A DNA stretch of 64,000 nt from an uncultured bacterium (GTDB taxonomy: Bacteria > Omnitrophota > Omnitrophia > Omnitrophales > Aquincolibacteriaceae): positions 35,873-99,872 of the forward strand of contig CAYULU010000001.1 in assembly GCA_964445745.1 (NCBI GenBank), in the 5' to 3' direction. The notes under the pieces were generated by a model, which saw only the letters and a list, made by a program, of their open reading frames with translations, searched no databases and was not told where the DNA came from. Positions 15,001 through 20,492 of this stretch are shown piece by piece (within the stretch, counting starts at the first letter, position 1; each line of letters starts with the position of its first letter). A program made the position numbers and the translations under genes.

Positions 15001-18000
15001 TGCGGGAAGAAATGAAGACGGAGCCGGTTCTTTTGCAGGGGATGAATGCCGCGCTGGTCGTGAGGGCCGACGAGGTTTCCGGGATCATCGACGATACTCA
15101 GGAAAATTACAAAAAAGAAGAATTCCAGGTTAAGAAATCGAGCGAATCGAATGACGAGCCGACGGAGTGGGCGAGGGAAGCCGGCATTTTTGCACTGACC
15201 AAACCGACGGATTTTTTCAACATTTTCCCGAGAGAGGGTGCCGTTGCGAATAAACAGTGGCTCAAGTCGCTTCTCCTCTCCTGGGCGTTGGTGTTTGTGC
15301 CGGCCCTCTTCATTATTACAGCGACCCATCTTGCGGTGCTGCAGATGCTCGTGGTGTTGAGTGTTCTGGTGCTTGCATTTTTGTGGGGGGCATTTTCGAA
15401 ATCGATAGCTGTGACTATGGTTAATTTCAGGAATGATGTTCAACGGATGAGAAACGGCGAAATTCGAAAAGGTTTTGGTTTGTTGGTATGGCACTATATA
15501 CAGATGCATCTTTGGCTTGTAAAGGATGTCCTGATGTGGTGTTCCGAAAAGGTTTTTTCGACGCTGAAGTACATGGCCCGTGTTTTAAATCTTTGGGACT
15601 TTTTCTGGGGTCAGCCAGGACGCATCGGGGTTTTTGATCGGGATCGCAAGGCGCCTCCCGCGCCCCCGGCATTAGGAGCTTTGGCAACTCCTTCCGCGAC
15701 CCAGTATGCCGTCGAGCCAAACGCACGGCGGGGTATTACGTTCGGAGTTGCGCTTTTGGGGATGCTGACGCTCGCAAAAGCTTTCGCAGTTACCGAGATT
15801 TTGGCCGGACTTGGGTTTGCGGTTATTGGGATTGCTGTCGCATCGTGGATGCTGTGGACTTTTCTTTCAGATCCGGATTCAATCGGGAATGTAGCGGGTA
15901 AAGCCCTCGGTGAAGTTGTAAAAGATAACGAGGCCCTTGGGTGGGTGAAGGGAATTCTTGCGGGCGTAAACACTGCCGATGATGCTGTTGCTGCTTTTAA
16001 AAAGGTTGGTGTGCTGAAACGAGTACATGTGATCTGGACCGTGGGATGGAAATCACGCGGGCGAATAAAAGAGATGGTTAAAGCCGAGGAAGAGTTGGCC
16101 GCGAAAGTAGGGCGCGCGGCATTTTTTCCTCGCGCGGCATTTCCGTTTGTGGATTTCATCCGGCTGTCGAATCATCTTTTTATTCCGTTGTTGTTCCTAG
16201 GTGTCGTGGGACTTCTCATGCCGGTTTTTGCGATTAATGTCCCGATATCCCTTATCATCTTAACGTTGCCTTTGACCATTCCATGGGTTTTTGGTCCGTT
16301 TGGCCAATTTGTCGGTGGTTATATTTTTAATCGTAAGGGAGAGCATAACGGCAAGTGGAGGGCCCAAGCGTGGAGTATTGGGCTTGGGGCCGCTTTCCTT
16401 GGAATGGGCATTGCAGTTCATAAATTGACCCTGATGCAGAATGTTTTCGGGGCGATTTTGGAGCTCATAATACACGCGCCGATCACCGCAGCCATCTCCG
16501 GGATGGTCGAGGGTGGGGTTGGTCCCTTCATGGGCGTCTTATCGGGTTTGTCGCCATATATGATGTGGGTGCAGTCCTTTATCGTGGGCGGCATGGTATT
16601 GCTTGTCATTGTCGGTATGGTGTGGGCTCTTATATATTGGAATCAGGTAAGAAAAGAAAAGAAAGCCGCGGACCAAAAAGCTGCAGCTAAGAAAGCCGCG
16701 GATGATGCTACCGCGGCGGCTGCCGCTGCTGCGAAATCTGCCGCGGGGACGCCAGCTGGGAACGGAACGTCGGGGACGACGAGTGGTACGTCGACAGCGA
16801 CCACGCCTACGCAAGCACCTGCGGACACTTCGGATAAGGCACTGGCGGGAACTGAAAAGCCAGATGTGCATGCAACCGATGTGCCTGGAACCACTGAAGT
16901 GACGCCGCCTTCGGATCAGGCTCAGGTTGAAGTGCCAGCGACCGAGCAAAAACCCGCTGTTGAGCAAACACAACCAACGGAACAAAAAGAATCCGCTGCT
17001 GACACGGCGGCATCTGCAATTCCCGAAAAATCAGGGTCCTTATTGACTGAGGAACAAGAAGCTGCACTTCGGATGGTTGCGGCCAATTATGCCAAAGTGC
17101 CCTACATTGCGAAATACGTGCGAATGGCTCTGCTTTATTTTGGGCGTTCCACGGACTCCAAATTTAAAGAAGTCGAATCGGCGTATGTAGCGGCGAAACC
17201 GAATGGAGAGGGATTTCCAAAGACAGAATTTAGCTCAATTGAGGGAAATGCTTCGTTAAAAAAGCTTGCTAAAACCGCAGTCATCCAGGTTTTGAGTTTG
17301 GATGGTGGTTTGGGCGAAAAATTGCGTCGTTCCCTTTGGAAATCCTGGTTGCTAATGAAAGGGTTCTTGAACAGGGAAGGACTGGAAATCGATTCCGAGG
17401 GCAACCCCAGGCTTGGTGCGAAGGGCACCGATATGGGGTATTTTGTGAAGCTCCCGGATGGCAGGATCGTCTATGTCAGCGTCTCAGAATCCAAATTGAT
17501 TAATCTTTACAGACAAGGACAACAGTCCCGTTTTAGCGGATTGAGCTTTCGTGCTATTGTTAACGCAGCATCCCGACCTTCCTATGAGGCTCTGTTTGAA
17601 AAGCCCAATCTTCTGGGAATTATCGCAGAGGGTAGCACAGTCCCGATGACGTATAGGGAACTGCTTGCATCCGTGAATGTAAAGGTCGATGACTTTCTTT
17701 TTCAAGACAAGGTCCCGGGCCTTCGGGTATGGGTAGATAAGACGGGGAAGGAAGTATTCCTTCCGTCTGTGTCGGATGCTGGCTATAGCCAGGAAGGAGG
17801 CCATGGTCAGATTGGCGTGTTGACGGTTATTAATCCTGAAGATTATGTCCCCCGGACGGATGGAGCGCCTGATTTTGTGGCTTTTACGAATGGGGATGGA
17901 CAGGTCTCTTCCGACATTTCGCCGGAGATTATCGGGGACATGATTCAACGCGGCAGAGCGATCGGTAATCTTGTGACGGCGGCGACTCGCGTGGATCGGA

Positions 18001-19943
18001 AGGGTGGTAAATATATTGTCAGATTGCTTGAATACCTTGGAATTCGGCGATGGGTCCCCGGGCAGCGGGAGTTGGCGGCAGCGAAAGAACTTGGTAAAGA
18101 ATCCGAGTCTAATTTTTACAAGGCTGGGCAACCGGACGGAGCGCCTGTTTTTGGCGACAATTCAGTTGGAAAACAGCCGTTTAACACCAACACTTTTTAT
18201 ATCAATCAGGCCCGATTGATGCCTTTTCTTGCGGATCTCAAGCGCGTGATGGGGGAAGATGCGTATCTGGCAGAAGTTATTTCGCCCAATTTTATGAAGA
18301 AAGATACGAAACCTGGTCAGGATGGATATCAATATTTCCCAATCGACGGAGCAATTGGGAACGTCTACCACAATATTAACGAATTTGTGATGAAGCTGAC
18401 CCTGATCAGAGATGCTGGGAAGCTAACTGAGAAACAAAAGGAAATTCTGGAGGTGTTCGCGAAACATGGGATTCAGGAAGTGATCCACTATTACAATGTG
18501 CCGCGAACCATGTTTACGCCCCAAAAAAATCCCCTGGATGCTCTATTGCAAATGCTTGGGGGATACTATCGCTATGATCTTGAGACGGGCAACCTGGCGG
18601 AAACAGAAAATGATCTGGTGCCGCCTGAGGTTGTGATTGTGGATTCCCAGGGGAAGGCACAGGACAGTGGGGCCGGATATTACAGCGAATTTTTGAACAT
18701 GCTCCAGACCTTTGTCTCGATGGACAGAATCGAATCTATTCAGGCCTCCTCTTTTGATATTCGGGAGCTGGACAAGCTTGAAATCCATGGCAATATCTCA
18801 GTGCGGGACACGAAATTCGTCGGGAATGTGGAGATCATTAACCGGGGCACGAGTGAGAAGGTTTTTGATGTCCGCGATGCGATTTTGAGAAATTCCGGGC
18901 TTCGTGATCAAGTTGGCTACCAGGAAGGGCAGCCGCTTAAGCTGGAAAATGTGCGAATTACGATTGGTGAGTCGGGAGACATGTCAATTGAATCTGTCGG
19001 GGCACGCTCCGAAATTCGCCGTGTCCCCGTCAGTCCTGTCTCGGAAGTGAAATCATATGGGGCCTTTGTAAATAATTTTAGGGCGAAAGTTGATAATGGG
19101 AGTCCTTTGTTACCGGAAGAGAAAAGGGACTTTATTAAAGCCAGCTTGGAAAAAGCCAAAGGGTTGCAACGCATAATTTGGGATGCCCCTGAGGGGATTT
19201 TTGTGAGTTCTGAAGTGACAACAGTGTTTCAACCGGCGAATCGGCTCTACGAGGACATGCCGGATAATGAGTTTCTGAAAGCGGGCGACAGTCTGATTAA
19301 ATGGGATAGCGATATCAGTAAAAAAATATATGAGAGAGCGATGCGTGATGCTCTTAATGCGGTGGTGACCCAGAGACAGGAAGTGCGGCTCACGACGGAA
19401 GTTTCGAATCCTATTGCTTTGAGAGTCGAGGCGGGGGTGGCAGACGCCATTATTGCCGGGCTTAAGGCCGAAGGCATTGTCGTTCCTGTTGCGGAAGTTC
19501 TGGATAAGGGCGCTCTTATTGTGAAATATGACACAGAATTGATCGATCAGATGATCAAGCAGCGCGCAAGCGGCCAGATCGCCGCTGGCGTGAAGATCAT
19601 CGTGACGGCACGGGATATGGACGAGGCCTTCGCGGTCAGCAAACATTATGGCGACGCGGTGACCGCGGTCGTGACGAGTGTCGCGTATAACGTTAACAGT
19701 ATCGTTACTGATGAGATGGAGGCTCTTGGCTTGCGGGAACGCGGCAGAAGCCTGATCCAGGTGCGGCCCGGGACCGAAGCTACTCAAAATACCGCGGCTT
19801 ATCTTGCGGCAGCCCTGCTTTCGAATGGCAGGATCGTGGTGGTTGGAGAAGAAGAGCTGGTGTCTGGTGCGATCCAGATCAGCGTAGCCCAGATGCTCCG
19901 CGCCGAAATGCGCGCCGCTGAAGCTATCGCGAAGTCGGCGTAG
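57..19943 (+). CDS. Giant membrane protein (>=6628 aa). Mostly coiled-coil/helical and of unknown function. TM clusters at about aa 3950-4200 and 5050-5540. An Ala/Thr/Gly/Pro-rich linker, then a C-terminal UDPGP-family (UDP-sugar pyrophosphorylase-like) domain. 5' end possibly truncated by the window edge.
   Basis: Uninterrupted 19.9 kb ORF in the track. The frame has no stop back to nt 3, so the GTG at 57 is only the first start codon inside the window. Hydrophobic helices read directly from the translation. UDPGP motifs: LSLDGGLGEKL, GGHGQIG, FTNGDG, RKGGKYIVRLLEY, FNTNTFYIN. Confidence 0.88.
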   Translation: METIAEGPTDMTTLPTAVPLADAVQQKLAQFHDTLDEMGATVDMPVEDRAAQVREIREGLTRISNEYFGLSGDGAIATSFVDISRRVAQEEWALRPAEPAIPAPKSSQDVGSTIVAVVGDGAVAGVVAVAAEVADAVETAKALGVSPGGETPAVATLTKAAVGGQVIAGAALYDALKKGITDPTVQSALRNELERSPMPTTTEEMLFSEMAQLYSLLAASEEALKTQEYSDQYRKWTAFVNAGLNAVLTRHYEKTRYQGTAEEAYPGDPSIVKLVPYTRTNSTSRYDSWSAFAGAGLRTGSDMVQFNEVLEAEAASALSNYQIAVAQVIQQKLFHMTEIATLNERLNRLDAIKRAYLDKIQSLQETLSKSHASLPALKRQLEASLTSLEIARSNILASRDRHKTRLAFLMGRDPTFAHNDKDYTSYVETLTYDTIRNAALTDERTDDGIRIIVEQAQNYILRRSAELDKVLPGLSWQLTAPEALVSLGDESDWTARVNLFTFDIAWSFKDYMENQWVNAKTEAAKASVMGRMVDIQHDAIKRLYELRSLQAYVQQIKKQSTTELLVVEALLTSVTQKPVRDMDPIAAADQYILLLDQIASAEGELVKLENAEAELTKQLDGIKNGMTKLVEENQEIAKEVGFDPAGAKFRETAEFGYQQLTDNVNTEANSLVASYEDAQDKDAFIHELLAPSSRLAAGQYQAAAMRLDRVHQERLRLFAYLNAGFGASLEDPGAWTFVVNGGVGFDIPLLSFTRRAAKYSADAAQERADSYLLDLETRTHFELKVLLDRLAFMGKQITDQTNRVQTAQKVLAERVVEVRKRLGERGIVVDDETGRILDALSAGQTDELTKLIPVLVGRPMAERLEEKIWEALAGAANELAKEKTALSAMTDNRVKVQLLVKRLVTPDFRSVPSAEALTQANKEFTDADYQAQLKRVTNPYFRFLNENGIFLPSAAKDLRTMEGVLARFLPEMKEAADSAWAKYPKFRESKQAGDAEKERLIAGETKRLEEKREELAGARRQLDLEKPDEKADKKTQRAWQKSLSDLDKKQQKLDEELLELGKVESLIRTYKLFEESQGKLQRLVGDANNQSLEDQRHAMRELLEGLVTGTESYLTSEYLLAKMLDLGAYESRDDWYQGIRQMLGFIGDEGTSVFGYTGRIEAIQAAFVNVEKAWAAMKADLGIYGGVGYQRSRVQPETGEVTTGSVFTVGLGGIFNHLKRVILGARSGSQQTVAQLLAESSGEVIARAKAHAQESNETWGIQSEMGKLAARIELYEKIKEEFLQWRASYEPRPDGVRTNVDRLRSLLGPDRTTDESYSLKTADLEARIQSDTEAIRYLEAQLKRLGFSPSVIRQGTAHAEGFQSETTALAPIGEQLREMSRENYSRQSVTLNSMLDSVLARSTAGPSAYATSASMTQSPFYRDAGVFYQSLDADAGLPGADSNRFAVFSWSGADLFGSQKQTYTLMLRHTKSLEDSAVKENERVIQSKVRSIVSAASRLRVLNRMQKLLADQVSGLQKLEAMIGASRYEHGIKARSFDALETIASHESEDAFAANLSALWAEVKGMSVGEDEKKKIFYDRLADLMKVEENSLAKDLDSLKRQAGELGIALDLVEGLDLTQVGNLENYESDEAVRARIREEINRQFVKTLNQNRLQVSVKLGLSHPSHQSALSEGEPFLGFGASYLIYDSNLQAMINFWENRGSIEQLWARQGDQDDKVRWLELGLDVEKLQKEVELRKQVVESVAVAYQIARERARRDGYPDAPIDAAFRYMNELKAYKGAVDAYWEASQRMIDFAKEKKFEIELPRGTEDSIERIKAMIPKWIEDDTTEDVTAPKYLDETVKPELIGEGTRAADFSVDETLMYKDQQLATAVSDLLKTLGIADLSAEATLSQIKDRKDLETVMVNIFGRVAERYGRRDPAAWVGQVAKSYQSLTKDQFFEKTGFMEVGLGEEIWGNLFSQCFSMGPSAHKLLDQSGIDMNQLAMAAFMGELGQLAASRGEDGDSQKIAQALVNDFPGAIAALERMRGQSPGTYSLRSPVEGAEVLTLVLYRAMGDEALRDLTFDKILENEDHKRAIENLSPEFNLNNIFPGIMGVERNKDGWVDGWKETTKFLSIASGLYDVETQTVKLREIPVGDPEEFAYVMAQNIATILAHPRPGPDANPDQIADYQKMMEQMAYLTARFSHHLANSTNLTIKESDLTSTTYLRLKALEAKMIDEEKTQMIDPVSGTVVTLENVKIRKQAARDAEVEGRRMSNALAYVNDVLFGSGHDAGENRKEWLEKDLAERLRLTEDRVRLEDDFWGRKELQGYLSELTTGADGKKYKGDRPATAMEIYKDKQQVGGSISNMAWEALGETGKTLDRESLAYMETLSAEIAVLETRIVHPATSAADKLAAQDTVKGKKFLLERFNHAKAKKVADYTVLMGEETGRGDKSWTESDRIARVIATRRVMRDLRPKAEGLLGELSNDDPYDVSILRMLAESALPDIQPRYMPGAGGFDREKDWQNWEDLGIERRREILNNRLDYARIINAQLKKEGIELRLKDTKDTPVNLRGKDMGMLIADAMEASGETGNKLGWEAVQHIEKLENEIIELKAKIARDATPDPTVQAQLNEKLENLAVWKAAQKKVAKDYEVRQGWEDSKRIERMVELRKIIKAIRPYVERIYGPLDDSNPRDSGILRTLAELVYGDVQDAHMLGALGFDDAEEWAEWRDMGKDKRQAVLTGRLQIAANLNRSLQDSGIVLDLKDTNVTNLDEKGADMGLLMAIAENPEAWKEFFGLQKGKDGSWSVQLKSPYPSRIKALFEMVEEERGQALDPAKFSIEGFLRATDPTGIRGSMSVRRQQADWLSVASRLVFNAEKELGAGADVKAVKARAVEIGNRKIEIYKVANNEGMALTRNNLEFEDENLESLQKSDEGLTAQIYYRWIKEARGAREKAGETILADLNEKKPFWMHPKELIAMRAKVVGRKEESNNPGLANEPGDATADRAVIDLLIEDGKITAANAEKALDRTKYETMVKMYLQAAYMLYNLEIPENAAPGSNERVSKRLQTGDLSSKINPIMAAYDSDNLKEAERLLQREAQILKLTGLFKAALNGDNTIPIADNPYAAMAVNFPDLISKELEKMGIHLQPKDVTKIFRNMSKENVEGLMSRVMFLQESNAPFMEKDNDSEAVDYIYNWLRDMAFFSAAAYEVYGYFPTYEKLESLLKDARGSMDRLPTGPVNGGLRRWYEKKKLAGILLRDADLAGDRTLKPVIVSPVGQNVPGPERSLAATQPADESFSLREILTARSIRRNVFQELQPFSPFKDQGDGIGDLWYARKFKAIKVQLVKEKPEVTESEILSVQTRFVSEMKRARELFLRSSNESQDVLPENAAAQADAFMGEWADYWIRNVLSDDARKDRLESLAASTARMNADRVRAERESARKGNAAAIRERVLAGETEQDILKKNAAAITDFYNQSSWKGDGKIGARLLRSYADEMISQGYSEEEIVLLRLYIRPRLIAIVWPGLSARDLDVRHLADIDAWSLEILDSVSDLKKLDDIDNKIDVRFSEIQAFKGQIRGLLNADASFVELGKTEEGRLKQKNMVNRLANDASNRKLSPDKITKWFEVAKKMVPVPVLGPAAPGDKGSRQPVGLSRALWYADSLMQLGIAESLKPISWSDQVAKGMTDRFFVSIDEMYGLAPRDPATQEKQELTPRQAALFSKAGYEELHNYDRKWKEMWTPSAKWYEFWRWDELWNPTGVITKDQIERMGLDWAEVSTKLVNENKATFKKDWLFWKNPDALRLTQNVGDEIARDAVQKRAQFLLDRGDILPVDFDMFLRRVRSNYQQTIDQRARGFSDGYLEIDKTQVSSVSPFVIAMIADQQNPQQNQQFGFFKMFFGDADPKDLWRADSLVNSAMASAERRVNMEIVDKSSPSDSEKGWISRLLSPERAAGKSWWRAHVDRLVPSAKKDAQAPLFGASIYAALAGLVFLVVALFSTKRRIPKYGFDKAKDAAEKPAAIAAALTAAQAERTRLAAVLAAAEAAQQPPPAQRSEVRSIEEIRAAIAAQDRRIKELEAKQQVFAGLPAAEQEKLKADEKAWDKHQTLSRFRLDLLAALMFSMRVFLVLWIAAALTPYLGLTWAFALPLAFTLVFLKIYGWLYKNLSYVGISVLSATIKTLVFTLVVIVPITGVLVSLTPWVTLGGFFGGALGIATILWTTVLLQPGLLVMGLMWGVMLVLMTKWADPQSSLIVVDMKDEVREQFKKDFAEEEAQRVLRDLRELRDWLQAAEKKAEKDKVTVATALGTGKGSLKEKIQARIAELRNSLVVKNGNTYIRMPDGSLYFKEGEMAVVKGVTLHAGGTQEMDEVVYSFAESLIQNNIEQARFALGINGGSITKYMKLKDRYEKKEITKEDYEKELKTYKVGSLTIEEYVRGLRKRLEVYALVIPDVQRRLQIFLEPGCRKPFPNVLKWGAFTMYGEDGSKRNAENTKGGSMGQVSSKGINFVTTFNIFGRRILLGMTPAVIEAWLAENGGAKPGDLRIPLAAANEPFFAGVIKIPPQDIDGWIAEVDASSKKPQTIDEMVIPLEETRKDENLMGQYYPQLDEQGNLVPRVKHSTTVDGGNYVSNGSILTVSQALADRPDVGGLQMDTGYHTEDGTSMDWVQRRFAHHSGFWTIRFNAAVAGFERFFGKYTLVTRWAGEMSRPTAGMPWGAYYTRTVILSGFILNAIRRALSEGGGSYKFVAGVGDLAIVKDGEHKGELAIKEALKHTARKAVNDIVIAKLPTGVTLDNATDAQLVEALNKTLENPGLYEKAKPLLDNAGISRAEAMAKKGKDAVAQLGLRNRAILQAIYGEEIQNQTELSSTLDQKGLNGYAEGFPDAVNGIIAKMNGEDEIVTNTPSDNYVIHDYVRRHYDRIKAYKSMPEGPAKGWYWMWNLGRGPKLPIGWLIAKLFRVSELSERYLILSRLWIIHLPSLHQPAPFGKDFMDTTGMEYFDKMREEMKTEPVLLQGMNAALVVRADEVSGIIDDTQENYKKEEFQVKKSSESNDEPTEWAREAGIFALTKPTDFFNIFPREGAVANKQWLKSLLLSWALVFVPALFIITATHLAVLQMLVVLSVLVLAFLWGAFSKSIAVTMVNFRNDVQRMRNGEIRKGFGLLVWHYIQMHLWLVKDVLMWCSEKVFSTLKYMARVLNLWDFFWGQPGRIGVFDRDRKAPPAPPALGALATPSATQYAVEPNARRGITFGVALLGMLTLAKAFAVTEILAGLGFAVIGIAVASWMLWTFLSDPDSIGNVAGKALGEVVKDNEALGWVKGILAGVNTADDAVAAFKKVGVLKRVHVIWTVGWKSRGRIKEMVKAEEELAAKVGRAAFFPRAAFPFVDFIRLSNHLFIPLLFLGVVGLLMPVFAINVPISLIILTLPLTIPWVFGPFGQFVGGYIFNRKGEHNGKWRAQAWSIGLGAAFLGMGIAVHKLTLMQNVFGAILELIIHAPITAAISGMVEGGVGPFMGVLSGLSPYMMWVQSFIVGGMVLLVIVGMVWALIYWNQVRKEKKAADQKAAAKKAADDATAAAAAAAKSAAGTPAGNGTSGTTSGTSTATTPTQAPADTSDKALAGTEKPDVHATDVPGTTEVTPPSDQAQVEVPATEQKPAVEQTQPTEQKESAADTAASAIPEKSGSLLTEEQEAALRMVAANYAKVPYIAKYVRMALLYFGRSTDSKFKEVESAYVAAKPNGEGFPKTEFSSIEGNASLKKLAKTAVIQVLSLDGGLGEKLRRSLWKSWLLMKGFLNREGLEIDSEGNPRLGAKGTDMGYFVKLPDGRIVYVSVSESKLINLYRQGQQSRFSGLSFRAIVNAASRPSYEALFEKPNLLGIIAEGSTVPMTYRELLASVNVKVDDFLFQDKVPGLRVWVDKTGKEVFLPSVSDAGYSQEGGHGQIGVLTVINPEDYVPRTDGAPDFVAFTNGDGQVSSDISPEIIGDMIQRGRAIGNLVTAATRVDRKGGKYIVRLLEYLGIRRWVPGQRELAAAKELGKESESNFYKAGQPDGAPVFGDNSVGKQPFNTNTFYINQARLMPFLADLKRVMGEDAYLAEVISPNFMKKDTKPGQDGYQYFPIDGAIGNVYHNINEFVMKLTLIRDAGKLTEKQKEILEVFAKHGIQEVIHYYNVPRTMFTPQKNPLDALLQMLGGYYRYDLETGNLAETENDLVPPEVVIVDSQGKAQDSGAGYYSEFLNMLQTFVSMDRIESIQASSFDIRELDKLEIHGNISVRDTKFVGNVEIINRGTSEKVFDVRDAILRNSGLRDQVGYQEGQPLKLENVRITIGESGDMSIESVGARSEIRRVPVSPVSEVKSYGAFVNNFRAKVDNGSPLLPEEKRDFIKASLEKAKGLQRIIWDAPEGIFVSSEVTTVFQPANRLYEDMPDNEFLKAGDSLIKWDSDISKKIYERAMRDALNAVVTQRQEVRLTTEVSNPIALRVEAGVADAIIAGLKAEGIVVPVAEVLDKGALIVKYDTELIDQMIKQRASGQIAAGVKIIVTARDMDEAFAVSKHYGDAVTAVVTSVAYNVNSIVTDEMEALGLRERGRSLIQVRPGTEATQNTAAYLAAALLSNGRIVVVGEEELVSGAIQISVAQMLRAEMRAAEAIAKSA

Positions 19944-20141
19944 TGGAGTAACATTATCTCCGCACGCCGCAGTACTAAGTAAGCAAAATCAAGTATTTGT
20001 TCATTTGATTCATACTTCTTGATTCGGAAGAATGGTCCAAGTTCACAAATACTTATGCTCTTCTACTTAGCATATTGATGCGGGTGCAAGTCGGCGTAGT
20101 GGAGTAACATTATCTCCGCACGCTGCAGTACTGAGTAAGCA
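19932..20141 (+). repeat. Two copies of a 54-bp direct repeat (2 mismatches). The first copy includes the last 4 codons and stop of giant gene 1. The copies flank a ~100-bp AT-rich spacer containing an imperfect 13-bp inverted repeat.
   Basis: Copy 1 at 19932..19985 and copy 2 at 20088..20141: AAGTCGGCGTAGTGGAGTAACATTATCTCCGCACGC[C/T]GCAGTACT[A/G]AGTAAGCA. Inverted repeat AAGTATTTGTTCA ... TTCACAAATACTT in between. Confidence 0.8.
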
Positions 20142-20492
20142 TAGGAAAGTAGCCGGGGTTTCCCCCTCTTTGAAAAAGAGGGGAAGGGGAGATTTTTAAA
20201 ATCCCCCTCAATCCCCCTTTAGCAAAGGGGGAAGTATCTTGTGTGACGGTTATTTTTTTTGTTTTCTGTATGCGTTACCCGTTGCTCGCTATTGTTAGAA
20301 ATTGTTTTCATATGAAACTACCCTCCTGTTTTAGGAAAGTGCCGATTCTCTCCTTAAGTGAAATCAATTTTCCGGTAAAGGAATTTATAAAGAATTTATT
20401 TCCGCACTTCTCTTCTCTTTCTCTGGATTCATGCTACTTTTTAGCAGAATTTCCTATATTCAAAATTCAATCAAAAAAGGAAAATTCAGACT

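Noticed and set aside
19110-19787. 225-aa minus-strand ORF, and many similar antisense ORFs (for example 8223..8819, 14901..15509, 15611..16159, 49611..50282, 57006..57629, 60429..60989).
   Set aside because: All are embedded antisense within long, motif-supported + strand genes. They are treated as spurious.
19932-20141. 54-bp direct repeats interpreted as a MITE or IS insertion with target-site duplication.
   Set aside because: The duplication is far longer than any known TSD. The enclosed 100 bp has only a weak 13-bp inverted repeat and no transposase remnant. It is kept as an unexplained repeat instead.
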